A stretch of DNA of 44,433 bases, from NCBI GenBank assembly GCA_051294375.1, contig JBJCIZ010000447.1:1-44433 (forward strand), written 5' to 3'. The stretch's first letter is position 1, and the number at the start of each line of letters is the position of its first letter. The notes under the pieces are model-generated. The model did no database searches, was not told the origin of the DNA, and was given only the letters and a program-made list of their open reading frames with translations. This document shows positions 34,155 through 44,433 of the stretch, in pieces. Made by a program: the position numbers and the translations under genes. This DNA comes from Paraspadella gotoi (lineage: Eukaryota > Animalia > Chaetognatha).

Positions 34155-35898
34155 ATGCCTGACGTTAATCAGACCTCGGACCTTTCAGCAATGGAAAAGC
34201 GTTATGACGATTTCTTCCGTTTGCCGTTAGGTAAATAATTTGACATTCTAATACTTTTCCTTTCAGGTTTTATTACACCTTTTTCTTTAATTAGATCAAG
34301 ATCTAGTTAGTGCTATAAGACTATCATACGATCGAGTAGCGCTGTTTGACACCGACGAAAAAAACGAACCGATCATTGAGATTCGTCGCGTGGATAACGA
34401 AATCAATCGCAATTGGAAGGAGGCAAGCTTTTTCTATATTTGCTTATTCATTTCACCTTAATACTATTTACGAATTATACTTAATCCTTTTTTTTTTAGT
34501 CGGGATTCACAACTAGTGACTGTCGCCGTTGCTGGGCTCTTCCACTGTGGCACCTCATACTACTAGCCAAAGAGGGTGCCTTTCAGATTTTGCAGGTTAA
34601 ATTGTTTGTTAATTAATTTGCCTACTTGTCTCTTTCTTGCTTTCTTATTTCTTTCCCAATCTCTTTTCTTAAGATCGCGATAAATGAGCTCAATAAAGAG
34701 CTCAACGCTGACAATGAATTCCACAATGACCCCAATCGCCTCCGCGAAATTTGTGAGGTATTTTTTTCTTATGCACCTACAAATTCAGTACAAGTGTCTT
34801 TAAAAATTTGTATTTTCTCAGAAATACCTCGTCAAGAGGTCGAGAGTTTCGCGTAGCTCTTATGCAATTGAGCTTTCTTATGAGGAAGAGAGGAAGTCTA
34901 ACTCAGGCACAGTCCCTCGAGGCTATTTCGCCCAAGTACGACGCATCGTCAACACCGGGAACGAAGACGATGTTCAGTTCGTTTCGCCGTTTCACTCCGG
35001 ATCTCCGGGAATGCGGGCGCAAACCCACATCTGGACCAGGCTTTACCAGGTTATTTTTGTTACACAATACATACACATTTATAAATACATTTCAATTAAT
35101 TTCTTATATCACTTTATAGGCGATGTTTTGTCTGCCTTACCCAGGTAGACATACCTACGACGACTTCAAGGAGAACGAGGCCGAGCATCAACAAGCTCAA
35201 CTTCCACCTTCCGAATCTGGCGACTGGTTTAATTACAGTAATCAGAAACGGTCGTCCTCTGAGTCATGTGTGCCTTCAAAATACCGCAAAAACTTCTTCG
35301 GGGAGATGGCGATTCTCGCCCTCCAAGCTCACTTCGATGAATGTCTCAACCCGGAGAGATGTGACACTTGTGAAAGTGGCGTCACGGTCAAGATGATCGA
35401 GGATTGGGACGAGTAGGTTTCATTGATCTGCTATCTATTTTCTTTGTCTACTCTATTAAACTATCCCGATATGTCACTTTTAATCTCTCCCCTCCCTCAT
35501 TTAGAACTCATCGAGGAGCGACGCTGTACAAGAAGTACAGCGGCGTCACCCCCATGGACATCATCGTCAATGAGAAGAAGTGGATGGTTGCCAAAGGTTT
35601 GTGTTTTTTTTTNNNNNNNNNNTTTTTTACTTTATAGGATTTATTACTTATTTACTTTGTACAAAATTACTTATCCTCCCACTATCTTTTTTTAGATACA
35701 GGACCGCGGGCTCGTACGACTTCATCGACTGGCAGTCTCCCCGATCCTCTCCTCGTGTCTCTGACCCCCACCGAACGGATGCAAATTCGCCTCGCTGAAA
35801 GGAAGAGGAAGTATGATGATGCGCTTCTCTCTGGAGAAATCGCCGGTTCTTCACGTTCAACGATGACGCAGCCTCTTTCCAACGGATTTCTGAATTGA
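34155..35898 (+). CDS. 8-exon, ~399-aa protein, putative tandem PC4-like ssDNA-binding protein with Cys/His cluster
   Basis: Exons 34155-34230, 34295-34422, 34500-34595, 34674-34757, 34822-35049, 35120-35412, 35505-35596, 35696-35898 give an open 1200-nt frame. Intron 2 has a GC donor. The gene model is well supported. The PC4-like call is an inference from two (I/Q)(I/V)RR...W..L segments and the position next to PolB. Confidence 0.7.
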
Positions 35899-36544
35899 AA
35901 ACGCCAACCTCTCGCCGGTTCGCTAGCTGACTGTGACTAATTTAGGACAAACTTCTTAGTACTTTGACATAACAAAATATTTGACTTTAAACCACGTATT
36001 GACTTCAAGGTTGGCTTGACTTAATTTACTGACACAAACGAGTGACTTGACTATCGGTCAGCTAGAGAATAAAAACACTGACAGACTGACTGACTATCTA
36101 AAAAAACTAGCCAACTAGCCTTCGTATTCATATTTTATTTTTTGTAAGGAAGCTATATTTTTTCCTTACACATATATCTTTGGGTATTTCTTAATTTAAG
36201 CAATTTTAAAAAAACGCGATTTTAAATAAATCTTTTCTTAGTATTATCTTTTTTTNNNNNNNNNNNNNNNNATATTTAGCAATTATTATTACTATCAACG
36301 TGAAAGTTTATTTTGTTGTGGTTTTCTGTTATTTTAATAGTATTCCAGTATTGAATTCTCTTAAACAAATAAATTGTATATACTTTATATAAAAAAGTTC
36401 AATGTTACAACTACCTAATTTACACGTAACACAACTACCGATTAATCATGCGAATATCGTCGAATTAGAATATCGTTTTAAAGAAAAACCTACATTTGTT
36501 AATTGTATCCAATTACTTTACCTATCGCACCAAGGGAAAACTTA

Positions 36545-37572
36545 CTTTGTTTTAATGTTTTAACAGTTTATTACAAATTTTGGACATATTATTTTTTACT
36601 TTTTTATCAGTGTCATGCCATGTAGTAATTTTGACCCAAGTCAAAACATGCAATTACAACTGGTTCCAGCAGTATGATTTGACTTAAGTCCCGTATATCG
36701 ATTGTCATTGTTTATTTTTTATTATACAATTATTATAATACTCAATACGATTTAGTTTCATATTCTTTCCCCTCTTTTTTAAAAAATGGATTTTTTTGTC
36801 ATGTTTAAAAGTCATAAACAAGCTGAAGTCACTTTTTTCTTATCTCCAACTCTAAGTACATTTCCAACAGGTTCCAACTGTACGCATTAGAGTTTTTTTT
36901 TTCATATCACAGATCCCCATTTACTTACTTTTGTATTTTGTTTTTCTGGAAAATGTATTTGCTTGTAAATAGCTTTTTTTTATTTTGAATTTCGGGAACA
37001 ATTATTCTATCGATCACGTAACCGGATAATTATTTTAGTGTTGACGATTTTATTTTATTTTTTTGAAGTTCACATGTTCAAATTTACTTTCGTTTTGTTG
37101 ACTGGATTTTTTAGTATTGTATATCAACTATTGTTTTAATGTTTTAACAGTTTATTACGAAATTTTGACACATTATTTTTACTCAGTATCATGCCATGTA
37201 GTACATAAAACCTTTTGACTCGAATCAAGACATACAATTACAACAGGTTCCAGCTGTATAATTTGACTCGAATAAAGCCCTTTTTTTCATATCTCCAACT
37301 CTAAATACAATTCCAGCAGATTCCAACTTCATACATTAGAGTTGAAAAAAAGCAGTTATCATAAGTTTGNNNNNNNNNNTAAATCACAAAGTTTGTATTT
37401 TACTTAATTTGTATTTTGTTTTTCTGGAAAAATATTTTTGCCTGTAAATAGTTTTTATTTTTGGATTTTCGGATGCAATTATTCCATCGATCACGTAACC
37501 AGATATTGATTTTAATGTTGACAAATATCCTAATTTTTTCTAATCACACGTTCACATTTCACTTTTCGTTTA
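36545..37572. repeat. Diverged direct repeat (~36545-37095 and ~37130-37572)
   Basis: Shared blocks tgttttaatgttttaacagtttattac, tcatgccatgtagta, tatctccaactctaa, tgtattttgtttttctggaaaa and tcgatcacgtaa. Confidence 0.85.
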
Positions 37573-37914
37573 GTATTTGTGTGTAAATAGTTTTTTTTTA
37601 ATAATTACCCACTCAATCATGTGAACAAATAACACCGATTTTATTTTAATAACTGTTGTCTACGCATGCGTCATAGTTTTTCTATTTACCTTTTCTTTTA
37701 TAAACACACTGTAACAGTCTGTTACTTGTCTTCTTGTAAATATAAATGGGAAATTATAACAACATTTAACAAACCCAATAAACTTTTTTATTCGAGTATT
37801 ATGAAACAAACAAAACAAATCACCTAGTAAAAAGCTTTCAGCAAAACAACGAGAACAGTAAAAAAAATAGTATAAAACACACTTAAACAAAACAAAATAG
37901 AAACGGACAAAACA

Positions 37915-38983
37915 CTACAAAGGTAGAAAAAAGTTTTCAGAAGCCTTCTTAATACGTTCGGAGCGGCGAGTTGGGAGAACAGGGGTCGGACGGACCGACA
38001 CTTCATCCAGAGTAGAAATTTCGCCACCGACAAAATCTTCTTCTTTCTCCTCAACTTTTACCTAGAGATAGCAAAAAAAATGTTACAATTTTAAAATATT
38101 AATATTTCTATTTACTTAATCATTTAATTTCACCTCTTTCGGTTGGGTCTCTATAAGCGGTAAGACGGACTCTTCGTCCAAAAGAGAAATTTCGCCACCA
38201 GCGAACTCTTCCTCCTCGACTTTCACCGACGGAATGATAGAAGAAATGATCTAGTTTTTTTTTTTNNNNNNNNNNNNNNNNNTTTTTCTAGGATATTACA
38301 GTTTCTATATACTTAATCATTTAATTTACCTCTTTTGGCCGAGTCTCCGAGATTTCGCCAACAGGCGGTGACTCTGGCAACGGTGGCGGAATCAGTGACG
38401 AGAGAGGGGACAAGGGGAGAGGATGTCGAATAGGCGGGCGTGATGGGCGGGACGGTGGCGTACTTCGTGACGGATGCCATGTCGGAAACGATGGAATCCT
38501 TGCCACGTCTTGGTAAAAAAAACGGCTGAACCGACGACCGCACTTGATCTATTTGTTAATAATAAATGTATATTTAAAATAAGCCCATAACCTTGTTTCT
38601 TATCCTTATTCTTCTGACTTACCATACAACTCACACCAACAGCACCGAGTGCGATCATAGCGCACGTGCCAACGATCTCGAGACTCGTCCACCCGACGTA
38701 AGACGGTACAAGAGACGATGTCACCGACGTTGGAGCTGACGATGTTGACAGTGACGGTGACGTCGTGGCGAAGGACGATGGCGGTAGAGAATCAAGACCC
38801 AAAGCAGTCCTCAAGCAGTCTAAAATAATAATATTTAATTTAACTTTCATTTTATATAATTCAATGACAATTAAACTTACTATCACTAAATGTTAGAAAG
38901 ATGCATTGCATCTCTGCCTCGTCCAAATCCAGCCCACACGAGATAGCATATGAGACGCACTGCGAAGTTGATATAAGCACCAT
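37915..38983 (-). CDS. Second mucin-like single-pass membrane protein, 5 exons
   Basis: Exons 38983-38881, 38819-38623, ~38548-38330, ~38250-38134, ~38061-37915 splice in frame: MVLISTSQCVSYAISC...QC...NC, S/T/P stalk, TM IVGTCAMIALGAVGVSCMI, Pro-rich tail, then two duplicated acidic exons (VKVEE.E.F.GGEIS.LDE.SV). Confidence 0.7.
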
Positions 38984-40421
38984 AGTGATTATTTTGATAG
39001 TTATGATAAGAAAGATGCGTTCGATTTCAAGCATGCAAACAGACTACGCAAATATTTCTTCTTACTGTTTCACCTACATCAACACTCCCCAAACACTGCA
39101 GCGCAGATGCTCTAACTTCTCTAACCAAGGCTATCTTTTCTATCTCTCTATCTACTAAATAAAAAACCACAGTCTCTCTCTCTCTCTCTCTCTCTCTCCT
39201 CTCTTCCGCATCGCAAAGGCTACGACAGCTGCAAGAACAAAACCCTTTCATCTTTTCCGATCTTTCAATCTTTCTTAATTTTTATGATTCAATATTTTCT
39301 TTTCTTTCTAAAAGTGTTCAGCCTGTGATCATAGAAAGTTGAGGAATTAAAGTTAGAGAGACGATTTAAAGTTCACTCGAGCTCGAGACGAACTTAACCT
39401 TGTTAAACTTTTAAGAACTCGAATTTCACTCAAACTCTCTTTAAAATATTTTCTCCGAAAAAATCGAAAATTGTCTGTTTTGGCACTTCCTACACTAACT
39501 TCGCTAAATTTTGTAAACAAAAATAGATGAAGGAAAATGGATTGATTAAGATTAAAGATTAATTAGATCAGTCAGTCAGCCATCGATAGTCATCGTTATC
39601 GCTTCCGCGTTTTCTCGGTTCTTCATCTCTCCTTTTTTTTTTCCGCCGGATTTTCCGCTTCGCCCTTCCGGAGTTCGGAGATTCTCCGGCGCGCCGAGCG
39701 AAACTGAATTCGACCTTCCGATTCAACGCGCCGAAAATTATGAGAGGAAAGAATATTCGAGACATGAAAGAAATGATTAACACGAAAGAAACGATGATTT
39801 GTATAATGGTATTTTTAATACAAAATGTGATTGGTCAATTAATAAACTAATGTAGTAATCAATGTGAGATGGTCAAGCTGCCAAATGTTAACAGATACAT
39901 TCCAATAATTAATCAAGAGAGCCAAAATGATTCATAAACTAAGTATACAAGTCGATGAAATGAACTTAAGAAGATTAGTAAACCGATTCTATATTCTTCT
40001 ATTCAACAATGTTTAATTCAGCATGATTCCATCTATCAAAAATGATATTAGATTCGCTAACTAAAAATTATTCATTAAAGCTTCGAAATTATTATCATTA
40101 TTATTATTTGTATTATTGTTTTAAACAAATTTGATTTATTTTATAATTCGAAAAAAAAAAAGGCTCTAACTTAAACAGTGATGATTCATCTGTGAACATC
40201 CCGTTCCAACAATCCGTTTGCAGCATCCGCTACCGCTACGAACCGTTCTCCCGCTTCTGGCACTTCTCCCGCTTCTGGTTTTCTCCAATTCCCTCACCAG
40301 CCACCTCCCTCACCCCCCGTCCCCCCTCAACCGCTTTCCCAAGGGTATTCGCTTCCCTCGTCGGACAGACATCAACTTTTTCCCCCCTTTTATGCTTTAT
40401 ACTCGATGCGAAAACGGGACC

Positions 40422-40508
<87 letters not shown>

Positions 40509-42451
40509 CTTCTCTCTCTGCCGTAAAGGTAGAGCGCGATGTGTAGCGAGGAGACAGAGGTTTTTTAAAGCGGAAAGAACGTGTTCTGCGGTAGGCGTAG
40601 ATTTTTATCGTTGTCTTGTGTTGTCTTCGTTGTCCTTGTCATCGTCTTTGTCATCGTCTTCATTCTCTTATCGTTGTCAAGCAGACGTCGTCTACGTCAT
40701 ATTCTTCGTCGTCGTCAACCCGCGATCCTCCTGTTCAGCATAAAATAGAAAGAAAAAAAAAAAAAAACGAAAAAGAGAAAAAAAAAACACTTTAGACGCT
40801 TACATTTGTGCACACATAGCGGCATCTTGGTGCAATGGCGAAGCACTGCCAGGATCAAAGTCCGGGCGCTTGGGGGGCGGTCTCTCCCATGCCGTACAAG
40901 TTTAGCTCTCGGCTAGAGAGAGCCGAGAGGAGAGAGAGAGAGAGAGAGAGAGAAGAGAGGAGATTTAGAGAGAGGAGAGAAGAGAGAGAGAGAGGGAGAG
41001 AGAGATCGGTCTGAGAGTAGAAGCGAGAGATAAATGTGAGAAGGAGGAGAAGAGAGATCGTGGTCGTTTTCTCTTTGTATTCATCCAACTACTCTTTATC
41101 CCGCATAGTTCCCCATATATTTTCACAGGATTTCTATGAATCTTCACTCTCTCTCTCGCGCTGCTCGCTCTAACTCTCATCGCTCTATCTTCGCTCTCTG
41201 CTGCTCAACCATCGTTCTCTCCTATTTCCGATCCCTTCTTTTTTATGCCAACGAATGTCTCGTGTCTCCAAGAATCGACGGATTCTCTCTTTTCCCTCTT
41301 ATACGTCCATCTTCCTCTCTCCTCCTCCTCTTATCCTCCCCTCCTCCTCTCTCCCTCCATACTTTTTTATGTTTCTCCATCGGCTGACGAAATGTATATG
41401 AATGATATTTGTTTGGAGGCTAAGAACGAGCCAAGGATACGTTACCGGACGACAGGCAACCCGCATAAAAAATCACTGGAAAAGAGGAAAGGTCCAAGAA
41501 AGCCAGAAGAAAACTGAAATACATGCGGGGAAAAAAAAAACCATCTGGAACGCTACGTACAAAGTGTCCCCGAGAAGAATGAATTAAAAGGGACGAATTG
41601 AAAGAATTAATAACAGGTTGTTATGCGAAAAAATCAATGACAAGTCTATTGAATTAATGAAGAATGAGATGATGGAAGGAAAGATTAATTAAATAAATTG
41701 AAGTAATAAATAAATTAACGAATGGCTGGATGACATTAAAGAATACCGAAATAGAATAATATTCCCATGAGTCTATAAAAATCAATGGATACTTATAAAT
41801 GAGTCGAGGAAATACACGGTGTAAGTTATAGGGGCAAAACTGTTGGGGACAGAATGCTCCAGGAAGCCACTTGGAATAAGGATGACCTTTGATATTATGT
41901 TTGTCACGTGACCGATTGCTTCGCTTCGAAATGAAATTCAAAAGTGACATTTAACTTTATTATATATATATAGTTATTGTTGATTATTAGGTGAAGCAAA
42001 CACTAGGAAGTCTCATGGTAACACGTTTATTATCCTATACTTATGAATACGATACTTAAAACGTTGATCAGAGTGATAACGACAACAACAGTTTCGTTCT
42101 CCTATCACTTAAAACTCGTAATTACAAAGAAATAAATGAAAAAAAAACAGAAAAAAGAATATCGTAAAGAAATCGGGAAAACATAAAAAGGAAGGAGAAA
42201 ATGAGAAAAAAAAACATTGCGGGCGATAAAAATAAGGAAAAAAATGGAAAAATAAAAGGAAAAAAAAAAAATAAGGGAAGAGTACCGGACGGTCGATAGA
42301 GGTTGCCGTTGTTGTGTTGTTGTTCGTTGTTGTGATGGAAGACGTCGCGAGGAAGGGCGCACTTCCGCGGAGGAAAAGAGGACAAAGGAAAATATGGAAC
42401 TGGGAATGATCTTGCATGAGACAGAGAGGGAGTCGGCGAAGTTGTAGGAGA

Positions 42452-42487
<36 letters not shown>

Positions 42488-43147
42488 AGAGAGGACCACG
42501 AGAGAGAGAGAGAGAGAGACGAGGAGAGAAGAGACAGGGAGAGAAATTATGCCAGTTCGATGATCATCTTGCGAAGAGGTCCAGGGATTTTAAGAAAAAA
42601 TTCCCGAAATTCCTGAGAAAGGACCAATCTAATCCTGGAGCAAATGCCGGTTCCCCATTCGAGCGCAGGGGAGTGAAAGCGAGAGAGAGAAAGGAGAGAG
42701 AGATGACAGAGAGAGACAGAAAGAGAGGAGGGAGAGGAGAGAATCTGAGCCACCTATTGTGAACGTCCCTTCCTAGAGACTCAAATTTTACTGCTTACTC
42801 CTTGATGTGTTTAAGTAAACTTTCGTATCTCACATGAATACTGTATAATACTATTGACTCGCTCTGTCTCCTAGTCAGTTCCAGATTTATAAAAAATACA
42901 TGAACACTGACGTTAATGGTTTAAATTTTTTAACAAAAAGCTGTAGATAATCGAATGTCAGCTGAAAATAAATTTTACAAAACACAAATAGAGCAGCAAA
43001 TATTACCGAGGAGTTTTATTCCCTATTAACACCTATTTGCTTGATCTCTCACTTATGTGAATGCGATATTGCTTGTAGATGTTTTTCTTCTTTTTTTTAT
43101 TCATTCTTTGACGGTAGCCAATAAACTGTTCGTGTCTGACTCATGAA

Positions 43148-43201
<54 letters not shown>

Positions 43202-44173
43202 CCTCTCTCTCTCTCTCTCTCCTCCTCTCCTTCTCCAGTTCACATTTTTTCGCGTCTGTTCACTTTTTCTTTATTCTATTTGTATATATTTTTACACGCA
43301 CTTTTACTCGCATTCTCTTCTTTCAGTTTTTAAAAATATTTCTCTCCACACTTTGAAAGCATTTTAGTTTTCTGCCCACACTTCTCTCCAACCGCAGCCA
43401 CGCCCACTCCCGCTCCTACGAAGCCGCCTCGTCTTGGCCCTCATAGTGGATCGATTTGAGCATTAGGTGGAACGTTGAGAGGGAATTGACTCCGAAAGCC
43501 TCGCTAGAACGAAAGGGAAATCGTTGGGGTGGTTGATGTCGATTTGAGGAATTGAGTGTTGTAGTGGTCTCGAAGTGTGACTTCGGTTGAGGTGGTTAGG
43601 GTGTTGAGTGTCATCAGAGGTTGTCGAGGTGTTGGTGGATTCGGTTAAAAAGGTCGTTGAAGTGGTTGAACGTCGTAAAGATTGTCAAGGTGGTAGAGTG
43701 GAAATCTAACATTCGATCTTTTCAAAGGAAACGTCTTGTCATCCTAACAAGTTTTCGACTTTCTTCCTTGTTGCTTTCGTTTGTTTGATCGTTAGTTATT
43801 ACGCTTCTTGTTATCAATTGATTCGGTCCTCTTCGTCGTCGTCGTCGTCGTCGTCGTCGACGTCTAAGTGCCTTCTCTTTATCGACGCTTCTCTGTCCTA
43901 TTCGTCATCGTCGTCTTCGTCGATCGTCTGCCGTCGTCGCACGTCGTTGACTTTTTCTTCGTCCTCCCTTAATCGTTTTCGCGTCACCGCCACAACAAAC
44001 GATGGCGTCTTTTTTGATGACCAGAAAAAAAAGGACAAAGAGACGGCAATCCGAAAGAAAAAAAAAGGAAAAAAGTGACAGAATTCGCGGGAGATTCTGT
44101 CGTCATAATTGGGAGACAAAAGGGGGGAGAATGAGAGAGAGAGAGAGAGAGAGAGGAAGGAGAGAGAGAGGAG

Positions 44174-44215
<42 letters not shown>

Positions 44216-44433
44216 GAGAGAATGTCGCGAGAGGCGACGCAGATGAAGACGGATTAGGTAGAGGGAAAGAGAGAAAGAGAGATAGAAGTGGAGAAGAAAC
44301 AGATAAAGAGAAGGAGAAGTAAGAAGAGAAGGAGAGAGAAAGATAATGGGTAGCCAAAATCTGTGAAAGAATTTGAGGATTTTTGAATTGAACATAAAAG
44401 GCTCCCAGTGAGAAGGAGTATCTCTCTCTTTTT

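Larger units (their letters stand above)
646..38983. mobile_element. Intron-rich endogenous Polinton/Maverick (adintovirus-like) element; boundaries are minimal estimates
   Basis: Co-located pPolB, DDE integrase, major capsid, penton, adenain protease and A32-like ATPase form the diagnostic Polinton gene set. The core spans ~3.4-35.9 kb. The span is extended to the two related membrane-protein genes at 0.65-1.75 kb and 37.9-39.0 kb by inference. No TIR or target-site duplication identified. Confidence 0.9.

Noticed and set aside
39417-39471. Weak inverted similarity to positions ~1-60 as a possible terminal inverted repeat
   Set aside because: Only ~50 nt of gapped AT-rich similarity that does not extend. 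Polinton TIRs are normally hundreds of bp and near-identical. The element ends remain undefined.
40100-44433. Possible genes in the right-hand region (e.g. 41392-41587, 41654-41950, 43400-43760)
   Set aside because: Short, stop-interrupted, microsatellite-laden fragments with no recognisable motif or consistent exon chain. I cannot tell host flank from element.

Overview
AT-rich eukaryotic (animal-like) genomic DNA, rich in microsatellites and with many short N gaps. Most of the window (at least ~0.65-39 kb) is one large endogenous Polinton/Maverick (adintovirus-like dsDNA virus). All core modules are recognisable by motif: protein-primed family B DNA polymerase, retroviral-type DDE integrase, major and minor capsid proteins, adenain-type cysteine protease and A32/FtsK-like packaging ATPase. 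The main surprise is that most of these viral genes are split by short spliceosomal introns, several inside catalytic motifs, so the ORF track fragments them. Hand-splicing restores an open ~1491-aa PolB (7 exons) and a ~451-aa integrase (5 exons). The element also carries spliced accessory genes: a three-gene paralogue array, a putative PC4-like protein, a large Cys/His-rich protein and two related mucin-like membrane proteins near opposite ends. I found no convincing terminal inverted repeats. Some features (a 1.4-kb duplication beside a gap, single-base frameshifts in capsid and protease) may be assembly artefacts. Family assignments come from motif recognition by eye; no database searches were run.
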